Origin: Myxococcota bacterium
GTDB lineage: Bacteria; Myxococcota; UBA4151
Direction of reading: 5' to 3'
Length of the DNA stretch: 64,000 nucleotides
NCBI GenBank assembly: GCA_036338695.1
Contig: JAYZBQ010000015.1
Location: 64,001-128,000 of the forward strand
Shown here: in pieces, positions 27,323-35,133 of the stretch
How the letters are laid out: each line of letters starts with the position of its first letter
How positions within the stretch are numbered: the first letter of the stretch is position 1
Made by a program: the position numbers and the translations under genes
The notes under the pieces: model-generated
Databases searched by the model: none
Seen by the model: the letters and a program-made list of their open reading frames with translations, nothing else
What the model was told of the DNA's origin: nothing

Positions 27323-29815
27323 ATGCGAAAGCTAAGCCTCATGGTCGTCGCCCTCCTCGGTGTTGCGTGCGGAGACGTCAGCGCACCTGAGTCCGAGCGC
27401 TGCGGCGCGTGTGTGCTCCCCCAAGCCGAAGCTGCCTGTGCTGCTGGCGCCTGCCGGCTCATCGCCTGCGAGGACGGCTTCTTTGACCTCAACGAGCTGC
27501 CTGAGGACGGCTGCGAGTATGCCTGCGCGCCCAACCTGCCAGGGATCGAGATCTGCGACGGTGAGGACAACGACTGCGACGGGCGGGTCGACGAAGGCTA
27601 TCGGCTCGAGACGGACCTGATGAACTGCGGCGCCTGCGATCGACGTTGCGAGGCGCCGAATGGCGTCCCGGTCTGCGTAGGAGGTGAATGCAGGACCCAG
27701 CTGTGTGACGAGGGTTTCTTAGATTGCGACGAAGAGCGCCCAGGCTGCGAGACCGAGCGCTTGAGCGTCGAACACTGCCTGAGCTGTGGTCACGCGTGCA
27801 GCTATGCCAACGCAGACGGTGTCTGCAGCGACGAGGGCTGTTCGATGGGCGCCTGTCACGCAGGCTTTCATGATCTCAACGAGGACCGTGAGGACGGCTG
27901 TGAGTATGCCTGCGTGGTCTCGGAGGAGCCCACGGAGGTCTGTGATCAGGTCGATAACGACTGCGACGGACGCGTCGACGAGGACTTTGACCTGCGGGTG
28001 AGCCTTCAGCATTGCGGCGCGTGCAACAACCCGTGTGATCCGCTGAACGCCGTCGGCGCGTGCGTTGACGGGCTGTGCCAACTGCTCGCCTGCGTCGAGG
28101 GGTACGGCAACTGCGATGAGGGTCGATTTGGCTGCGAGACGGACCTCAAAACCATGGAGAACTGCGGCGCCTGCGGTCAGGTCTGTCAGCTGGCGAACGC
28201 CACCGCAACCTGTGCCACCGGGCACTGCCGGCTCGAGGGTTGCGACGAGGGCTGGTACAATATCAACGGCGATGACAGCGACGGGTGTGAATACCAATGC
28301 GTCGATTTCGCGCCTGGACCCGATCTACCCGACCCAGAGTTTCGGGACACGAATTGTGACGGGATCGACGGTGAGGTTGATCAGGCGGTGTTCGTCGCGA
28401 GCTACGGGATGGATAACCCCTTTTGCAACCCGACGAGCCCGTGTCTGAGCGTCAGCCATGCCCTGCAGGTCGCAGCGCAATCGGGTAAGCGGGAGGCGTA
28501 TCTCATGGGTGGGCGTTACGAGGGCGTCGTCAACCTGGTGAATGGCGTCTCGATCTATGGTGGCTACGATGGTCGCTGGCGGCGAAGCGCCGAGCCCGAA
28601 GGTCAGGTTGAGCTGGTCGGCGAGGTGCGAGAGCAAGACCAACAGGCGGTGACGATCGTCGGCGCCTTCGTGAGCGCGCAGATCGCCGACGTGACCCTGA
28701 CGAGCCCTTCCGCCTCGGGACAGCACCAAGGGCGCGGCGCGAGCAGCCAAACGGTCCACGTCGTGAGCTCCAACATCGTCTTGCGCCGGGTGGCCTTTCG
28801 ACCGGGCGCAGGGGCGAGCGGTCAAGCGGGTGCGGCGGGCGCGGGGAGTGGTCAGCAAGGGGGCGCCCCGCCAGGAGCCGCCGGCGGGGGTGCTCGTCGG
28901 TACAACACCACCTGTGACAGCTCGTCGCGCGGCGGCGGTGGTGCCGGCGCAAGCGGTGGTTGTGGTGGCGGAACACGCGGCGGCAACGGCGGCAGCGGTG
29001 GTACAATGGACAGCAACTGCAGCATCTGGAGCCTCAACTACAGCGCGCGCGGGGGGAACCGTGGCGCACACGCCGCTGACCGTCGTCAGGGCGCCGGTGG
29101 TGGCGGTGGCGGCGGCGGTCGCTGCGGTCAGGGCGGCGACGGCGCAGCCGGCTCGACCCTGCATGGCGCTGGCGGCGGAGGTGCCGCTCAAGGCGGTCGT
29201 GTGCTCGACAACTTTTGGTACGCCCACGACGGCGCGCCTGGCGGCATGGGGCAGCATGGCACCGGCGGTGGTGGTGGTGGCGGCAGCGGCGGCTGCGATG
29301 ACGGCACCGATGCGCATGGCGCTGGCGGTGGCGGTGGGGGCGCTGGCGGATGCCGAGCCGCTCGAGCAGGAGCCGGAGGGTTTGGAGCCGGCGGCAGCTT
29401 CGGTGTGGTGGCGATTGAGAGCAGCCTGCAGGTGTACAGCTCGACGTTCTATCAAGGACAAGGTGGCGCAGGCGGAGCCGGTGGCTTAGCGGGCGCTGGT
29501 CAGCCCGGCGGGCTCGGTGGTCGAGGTGGTAGTGGCGCAGGCGGCGCTCGCCGCGGCGGTCACGGCGGGGTCGGCGGTCACGGCGGTCACAGCGGCGGCG
29601 GTGGCGGCGGCGCGGGTGGAAACTCGCTGGCGGTCTTGAGATTAGGTGGGCAGTTCCTGCAGGCGCAGAACCAGTTTGAGGGCGGCGCCCCTGGTGCCGG
29701 CGGCGCGGGAGGTGGACAGCCGCCCGGTCGCAACGGCGCCAACGGCGGCGGTGGCGGAGCCGGTGGGCAGCATGGAGCGTTCGGTGTGTGCGCCCAGCGG
29801 GAGGCATGCCAATGA
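27323..29815 (+). CDS. Cys-rich repeat lipoprotein with a Gly-rich (PGRS-like) C-terminus
   Basis: Lipobox GVAC; repeats DGCEYxC, E.CD..DNDCDGRVDE and CGAC...C; AVFVA..G.D.....T.PC; long GGxGG tract. Confidence 0.8.
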   Translation: MRKLSLMVVALLGVACGDVSAPESERCGACVLPQAEAACAAGACRLIACEDGFFDLNELPEDGCEYACAPNLPGIEICDGEDNDCDGRVDEGYRLETDLMNCGACDRRCEAPNGVPVCVGGECRTQLCDEGFLDCDEERPGCETERLSVEHCLSCGHACSYANADGVCSDEGCSMGACHAGFHDLNEDREDGCEYACVVSEEPTEVCDQVDNDCDGRVDEDFDLRVSLQHCGACNNPCDPLNAVGACVDGLCQLLACVEGYGNCDEGRFGCETDLKTMENCGACGQVCQLANATATCATGHCRLEGCDEGWYNINGDDSDGCEYQCVDFAPGPDLPDPEFRDTNCDGIDGEVDQAVFVASYGMDNPFCNPTSPCLSVSHALQVAAQSGKREAYLMGGRYEGVVNLVNGVSIYGGYDGRWRRSAEPEGQVELVGEVREQDQQAVTIVGAFVSAQIADVTLTSPSASGQHQGRGASSQTVHVVSSNIVLRRVAFRPGAGASGQAGAAGAGSGQQGGAPPGAAGGGARRYNTTCDSSSRGGGGAGASGGCGGGTRGGNGGSGGTMDSNCSIWSLNYSARGGNRGAHAADRRQGAGGGGGGGGRCGQGGDGAAGSTLHGAGGGGAAQGGRVLDNFWYAHDGAPGGMGQHGTGGGGGGGSGGCDDGTDAHGAGGGGGGAGGCRAARAGAGGFGAGGSFGVVAIESSLQVYSSTFYQGQGGAGGAGGLAGAGQPGGLGGRGGSGAGGARRGGHGGVGGHGGHSGGGGGGAGGNSLAVLRLGGQFLQAQNQFEGGAPGAGGAGGGQPPGRNGANGGGGGAGGQHGAFGVCAQREACQ

Positions 29816-31302
29816 GGCGGCTCGTGATCGTCTTGCTCGCCGTGGCGAGCTGCGGCGAGGACACCGTGGTGGTCCGCGAGGTCGCGGCGACCTGCGGTAA
29901 CGGAGAGGTCGAGACGGGGGAGCAGTGCGACGATGGCAACCTCGACGCTGCGGACGCCTGCACCGATTCGTGTCGAGTGGCGCGTTGCGGCGACGCCGTC
30001 CAGCGCTCGGATCTGAGCTTGGATGATCTCGATTATGAAGGCTGTGACGACGGCAATTCGAGCGAAGATGATGGCTGCACAAACACCTGCCGCCCCGCCG
30101 TCTGCGGCGACGGCTTGGTGCGGACCGATATCCCACCGGGCGCGCCGGGCTACGAGGCGTGTGATGACGGCAACGCGATCGATCAGGACGGATGTCTGAG
30201 CAGCTGCCAGTTGGCGCGTTGCGGCGACGGGATTCGGCGCGCGGATCGCCGCCCCGATGAAGAGGGCTACGAAGTCTGTGACGACGGCAACGACGACGAG
30301 ACAGATCAGTGTCGGAGAGACTGCACTGGCGCCGTCTGCGGCGACGGGATCGTCAGCGACGGTGAGGTCTGCGATGACGGCAATGATGATGAGGACGACG
30401 GCTGCACCTCGCGATGTACTGCGCCAACCTGCGGTGACGGGGCGCTTCAGGCCGCCGCAGGCGAGCAATGCGATGATGGCAACACGGACGAGGCGGATGG
30501 GTGCACCAACCGGTGCCTGCTCGCAGCCTGCGGCGATGGGATCGTGCGCCAAGATCTCGAGCCGGGTGAGGCGGGCTACGAGTTTTGTGACGACGGCAAC
30601 CTCGCCGACGCCGACGCCTGCACAGCGGCTTGCGTTGTGGCGCGCTGTGGTGACGGGATCGTCCGAGGCGATCTGGTGCCTGGCCGTGAGGGCTTTGAAG
30701 ACTGCGATGACGGCAACCAAGTGGGCGGCGACGGCTGCGCTTCAGACTGCCGCATGGAGCGTTGCGGCAACGGTCGGGTCGACCCGGGGGAAGACTGCGA
30801 TGACGCCAACCTGCGCAACGACGATGAGTGCAGCAACGCGTGCCTGGCGCGCAGCGCCTGCTCAGCGCAGGCCGAATGGCGCTTTGAGATCACGCCAAAC
30901 CTTTGGGTCTGTATGAACGATGCGGTGGTGGAGACCTATGAGGACAGCGACGCCTTGTGCGGCGCGAGCGCAACGCCTGCGACGCACGCGCTCGTTGAGA
31001 ACCTGCGCGAGCCCTCTGTCGCCGAGAACCAAGCGTTCTGGAGCTGGTACGATGAGCGCGAGGGAGCGCCCCCGGCGTCCTACATTCGGACGGGGCAGAA
31101 GCGACGGGGGGGATGTACCCGGGAGGCTTATGGCGACCTGCTGATTACGCGTTGGTGGGATGGGAGCGAGCGCGGCGCCTGGGGCGATCTCTTTCGAGGC
31201 GGCTCAAGCTGTCAGGCGCCAAGCTCGGATGTCGCCAACATGGGGCGTGCGCTGACCGGCGTGGTCTGCGTGCGCGGAGCCTATGCGCCACCTGCCCCGT
31301 AG
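29812..31302 (+). CDS. lipoprotein with nine myxobacterial disulfide (CGDG..E.CDDGN) repeats
   Basis: Lipobox VASC; nine CG[DN][GA]...CDD[GA]N....D.C...C units; ATGA-coupled. Confidence 0.85.
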   Translation: MRRLVIVLLAVASCGEDTVVVREVAATCGNGEVETGEQCDDGNLDAADACTDSCRVARCGDAVQRSDLSLDDLDYEGCDDGNSSEDDGCTNTCRPAVCGDGLVRTDIPPGAPGYEACDDGNAIDQDGCLSSCQLARCGDGIRRADRRPDEEGYEVCDDGNDDETDQCRRDCTGAVCGDGIVSDGEVCDDGNDDEDDGCTSRCTAPTCGDGALQAAAGEQCDDGNTDEADGCTNRCLLAACGDGIVRQDLEPGEAGYEFCDDGNLADADACTAACVVARCGDGIVRGDLVPGREGFEDCDDGNQVGGDGCASDCRMERCGNGRVDPGEDCDDANLRNDDECSNACLARSACSAQAEWRFEITPNLWVCMNDAVVETYEDSDALCGASATPATHALVENLREPSVAENQAFWSWYDEREGAPPASYIRTGQKRRGGCTREAYGDLLITRWWDGSERGAWGDLFRGGSSCQAPSSDVANMGRALTGVVCVRGAYAPPAP

Positions 31303-32833
31303 AGCGATCTGTGTGATCAGGGCGCTCGGCCTGCTGGCGTTGTCCCTGTCGCAAGCCTGCGACTCATCGCCGGGTGACGCTCAAGAAAGCCTCGTCTGCC
31401 AGCCGAGTTGCGGCGCAAATCAGCGCTGCGCTGAGGCGCAATGCCTCTGTGCGCCCGGGTTTAACGACTGCGACGGGCTCGCCGATAATGGCTGCGAGCG
31501 CGCCGGCGCTTGCGTCTGCCAGCACGGCGCCGTCGAGAGCTGCTACAGCGGCATGGAGGGGACCGCTGATGTCGGTCGCTGTGTCGCCGGCCGGCGCTCG
31601 TGTTTCGGGGGTGCTTGGACGGTCTGCGAGGGAGAGGTCGTCCCCGGCGTCGAGGTCTGCGCTGATGGGGTCGATAATGACTGTGATGGGGTCGTTGACG
31701 AAGACGACGACCTCGACGGAGACGGTTTTGGACGCTGCAGCGGGGATTGCTGTGATGACCCCTCTGTCTGCGGCGACCCAGCCTCGGTTAACCCAGCCGC
31801 CTTTGACTTTCCGGATAACGGTCAGGATGACGACTGTGACGGCAGCGAGGTCACGGCTGCTACGTCGCTGTGCGAGCAGCCCAGCGTTTTGAGCGGTGCG
31901 ACCGCCTACGACCTCGCCGCTGCGATGGAGCTGTGCCAGCGCACGACAGACGATCAGCCTGCTTGGGGGCTCCTCTCAGCCGAGCTGACGCAGGTGCAGC
32001 CGGGCTCGTTACCCCAGGACACGCAAGTAGCGGTGCTCGAGGGGTTTGGCGGCAACCGGCAGCCGCCGCGTGCGGGCGCCTCGCTCACCGTTTTGACCAC
32101 CGGGTTGGCGCGAGGGGTGGGCGATCCCGGCTATCAAGGAGACCGCTCGATCCTCGCCGTCGAGGGTCGAGTGGCTGCGCCCGAGGATTATCTCGCCGCC
32201 AACGAGGGGCGTCTGCTGACCAATCCGCAGTGTCCCGAGGCCGAGACCAGCGTCTACGACTCGGTGCGCTTGGCGCTGCGCATTCGTGTGCCGAGCAACG
32301 CGTTCGGGCTGCGGTTTGATTTTCGTTTTTGGTCTCGTGAGTATCCCGACTTTCTCTGCACCGAGTTTAATGACTTTTTCTTGGTGCGCTTACGCAGCGA
32401 GCACCCTGCGATCCCGCAGGACCGAAATATCAGCTTCGACGCGCAGGGAAACCCGGTCACCGTCAACAGCGCCTTCTTTACCACCTGTGAGGCGCTGGCT
32501 TGCGATGACCCGATCCAGTGGGGCTTGCGCCCGCGCCGTGACCTTGACGAGGATGGCTGCGTCGACTCGCTGTCCTGCGACGAGGAAGGAACCTGCGCAG
32601 GGTTACAGGGTGCTTGCCCTGATGGTTCGGAGGATCTAGCTGCCTACACGCTCGACGTCCGCAGCGCCGGCGCGACGTCGTGGCTGACGACCTCGGCTCC
32701 GGTCGTGCCGGGCGAGCTCATCGAGCTGGAGTTCCTGCTCTGGGACAGCAGCGACGGGAACCTCGACTCGTTGGTACTGCTCGACAATTTCGCCTGGGTG
32801 ACGCCGGAGCCGCCGCTCGACACCAAGCGCTAG
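31283..32833 (+). CDS. Cys-rich lipoprotein with a choice-of-anchor L-like domain
   Basis: SQAC lipobox-like; DNDCDG repeats; F.FDF.F.S.EYP.F....FNDFF, NISFD, GAT.WL, LWD..D...DS.VLLDNF; start uncertain. Confidence 0.75.
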   Translation: MRHLPRRAICVIRALGLLALSLSQACDSSPGDAQESLVCQPSCGANQRCAEAQCLCAPGFNDCDGLADNGCERAGACVCQHGAVESCYSGMEGTADVGRCVAGRRSCFGGAWTVCEGEVVPGVEVCADGVDNDCDGVVDEDDDLDGDGFGRCSGDCCDDPSVCGDPASVNPAAFDFPDNGQDDDCDGSEVTAATSLCEQPSVLSGATAYDLAAAMELCQRTTDDQPAWGLLSAELTQVQPGSLPQDTQVAVLEGFGGNRQPPRAGASLTVLTTGLARGVGDPGYQGDRSILAVEGRVAAPEDYLAANEGRLLTNPQCPEAETSVYDSVRLALRIRVPSNAFGLRFDFRFWSREYPDFLCTEFNDFFLVRLRSEHPAIPQDRNISFDAQGNPVTVNSAFFTTCEALACDDPIQWGLRPRRDLDEDGCVDSLSCDEEGTCAGLQGACPDGSEDLAAYTLDVRSAGATSWLTTSAPVVPGELIELEFLLWDSSDGNLDSLVLLDNFAWVTPEPPLDTKR

Positions 32834-33306
32834 CCCTCTTGCGCTGCCTCGATCGCACGCCGACGTGGGCGCACAGCCTGCCAGCCCCGCCACAGGGCGC
32901 CGAGGATGAACAGGTCGAGCATCAGGAACATCCAGAACCACTCGTTTCGACTGTACCCGATCACGTACATGGTGCTGCGAGCGATGAGCCAGACGCTGAA
33001 CCCGAGGATCGCAGACTCGGCGGCGCGCCACCACGAGGCGACCAGCAGACCGCTGTAGAAGATAAAGCCAGTCATCGCGATGGTGAAGTTGAGCTGAGCG
33101 CCCTCGTACATCGCGACCAGCACGTCCTTCGGCGTTGGCGGCAGGTTTTGGGCTGCGGCGGGGTCGTACCCGGCTTGGAGGTCCAGCGCCAAGCTGCCGC
33201 TAAAGTAGGTGAGCACGCCGAGAAAGAAACCAGCGACCATCAAGGAGCGGCGCGTGACGGTGGCGCCTGTGTCGTGGCGAAGGTGGCGCGGCTTGTCTTG
33301 GGTCAT
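32830..33306 (-). CDS. hypothetical membrane protein (about 4 TM)
   Basis: Four hydrophobic segments; ATGA-coupled to the upstream gene. Confidence 0.7.
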   Translation of the reverse strand: MTQDKPRHLRHDTGATVTRRSLMVAGFFLGVLTYFSGSLALDLQAGYDPAAAQNLPPTPKDVLVAMYEGAQLNFTIAMTGFIFYSGLLVASWWRAAESAILGFSVWLIARSTMYVIGYSRNEWFWMFLMLDLFILGALWRGWQAVRPRRRAIEAAQEG

Positions 33307-34034
33307 GGTACCGACTCCGAGTCGATCAAATCGGCGTAGACCTCGGGGCGCGAGAAGCTCTCTGAGAGCCGGGCGGTCGCACAACAGGTCACGCGTAAGG
33401 TGGCGCAGGGGGGTGAAGCCTCGTCCAGCAGCACGTGCAGGTCGTCGCCATCCGCAAGGAGCAGCCCGAGCTCCCAGTCTGGGTTCGGCGGCGTAACGGC
33501 TTGCGTGAGGGGAACGCTGACCAGATGAAAGCCGTCTTTGAGCGCGTCCGGCCCCTCGGCAAGAACTGGAATGATGGCGCTGAGCGCAGGGTCAAGCGGT
33601 AGCGGTTCGCACCAGCGTCGCCAGGGCTCGTCTGCGTCTTCGCGTACAAAACCGTGGAGCTTGAGGCGAGCCAACTGCAAGCCCGTAAAATTCGTCCAGG
33701 TGTGGGCAAGCGGCAGGGTCCGCAAGCCACGGTTTCGATAGGTCGTCCCTCGGCACGACAGCGCCGTGGTGAGCGACGGCATCAGGTAGCGAATCTGTCC
33801 CGCCTTGATCATGAATTGAAGTCCGAGCTCAGCGTCCGGTGCCGGTAACCCTTGCGGCAGCCAGAGCTCGTCGGTGTGGCGCGGGTCGAGCCAGCCGCCG
33901 CCTGACGCAAGCGTCTTGATCTCATGGAGGCGGTGCGCCTCGACCAGCCATTGGCGCCACCGTTGCATCAGCACCAGCGGCAAGCGCTCGACGCTCGCTG
34001 CGTTGATCAGCCGGATGTCCTGACGCGCCGTCAT
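33303..34034 (-). CDS. hypothetical protein
   Basis: 243 aa, ATGA overlaps at both ends; no recognisable motif. Confidence 0.65.
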   Translation of the reverse strand: MTARQDIRLINAASVERLPLVLMQRWRQWLVEAHRLHEIKTLASGGGWLDPRHTDELWLPQGLPAPDAELGLQFMIKAGQIRYLMPSLTTALSCRGTTYRNRGLRTLPLAHTWTNFTGLQLARLKLHGFVREDADEPWRRWCEPLPLDPALSAIIPVLAEGPDALKDGFHLVSVPLTQAVTPPNPDWELGLLLADGDDLHVLLDEASPPCATLRVTCCATARLSESFSRPEVYADLIDSESVP

Positions 34035-34594
34035 TGAATCAGGTCTCCACTGTCGACACGCGGTAAGGTGTCCGGGTTGAGACCGACGCCCGACGCAAGG
34101 TCGCTCCAGAGAGACGCTCGGTCACCGCTCAAGATGCGCTCGCGCTCGCCTGCGCTGGGCACCACAAACCAACTGCCTAGCTCGATCTCCTGCTCCAGTT
34201 GACCCGGTCCCCAGCCGGCGTAGCCCATCACGATCCAGAAGCTCTCGTCGCTCTCGTGACAGAGTCGGTTGAGGCTCTCGCGCTGGGTCGCAAGATAGAG
34301 CCCCTTGAAGATCTCCTCGCTGTCCTCGCCAAGGTCCGGTGTGCGGTGCAAGACGACGGCTTGCTCTGGAGTCACCGGACCGCCGTGAAGGAGCCCTGGG
34401 CTGACCAGCGGAGCCGGGATGTCCATGAGCTCAAGGACCTGCTCGCAGTCAATGCGGCGGAACGGACGATTGATAACCAAGCCGTAGCCGCCCGTCTCGT
34501 CATGCCGGAGCAACAAGATGACGGTCCGTGAGAACCACCCCCCGTCTAGATCAGGCGTTGCGAGCATCAGCGTTGGTGCCAGGCTCCGTTTCAC
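34031..34594 (-). CDS. YqgE/AlgH family protein
   Basis: F.RTVILL..H...G..GLVINRP, GGPV, GYAGWGPGQLEQEI..GSW. Confidence 0.92.
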   Translation of the reverse strand: MKRSLAPTLMLATPDLDGGWFSRTVILLLRHDETGGYGLVINRPFRRIDCEQVLELMDIPAPLVSPGLLHGGPVTPEQAVVLHRTPDLGEDSEEIFKGLYLATQRESLNRLCHESDESFWIVMGYAGWGPGQLEQEIELGSWFVVPSAGERERILSGDRASLWSDLASGVGLNPDTLPRVDSGDLIQ

Positions 34595-35133
34595 GGGGCG
34601 GGAGCCTCCGAAGCCGGGGTCGTCGGCGCTGCGCTCGGTTTGGGTGCTGCCGAAGCCGCGCCGACAGGGCGAGCGAGTAAGCCGACCAGCTCGAGCTCGA
34701 ACACGAGCGTCGTGTTGGGCGGGATGAGGGTGCCGAAGCCCCGGTCTGCGTACGCGAGGTGGGGCGGTATCGTGAGGCGACGCTTTTCACCGAGCCCCAT
34801 GGTCAAGATCGCCTCGTCCCAACCCTTGATCACTCGCCCGACACCGGCTGGGAACACGTAGGGCGCTCGGTTCTCAAGGACCGACGAGTCAAAGACTCTG
34901 CCGTCCGTAAAGCGCCCCGTGTAGTGCACCGTCACCTGCTGTCCGCGCACCGGCTTCTCATCAAGCCCGCGCTTGAGGACCACGTACTGGAGCCCTGAGG
35001 GGGTCGTGATCGTCTTTTCAGCGCTGGGCGATGCCTCTGGCGAGGGGGCTGGGGAGGCCGGGCTCGCCTCCGGCGCCGGGGGTGCGCTTTGCGTACAGGC
35101 AGAGCCGATCAGCAGCAGGGCAAGCCAGCGCAT
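34591..35133 (-). CDS. FKBP-type peptidyl-prolyl isomerase (lipoprotein)
   Basis: GSAC lipobox; SGLQY, VHYTG...G.VFDSS, VIKGWDE, IPP.LAY, LVFELEL. Confidence 0.93.
   Translation of the reverse strand: MRWLALLLIGSACTQSAPPAPEASPASPAPSPEASPSAEKTITTPSGLQYVVLKRGLDEKPVRGQQVTVHYTGRFTDGRVFDSSVLENRAPYVFPAGVGRVIKGWDEAILTMGLGEKRRLTIPPHLAYADRGFGTLIPPNTTLVFELELVGLLARPVGAASAAPKPSAAPTTPASEAPAP

Noticed and set aside
28800..29790. Mycobacterial PE_PGRS gene or horizontal transfer
   Set aside because: There is no PE domain and the N-terminus is a myxobacterial-type lipoprotein. The similarity is compositional only.
29893..30843. Regularly spaced DNA repeats (tgcggcgacgg / gacgacggcaac) that superficially resemble a CRISPR array
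   Set aside because: They are degenerate at third codon positions and in frame, so they encode protein repeats. No cas genes are present.
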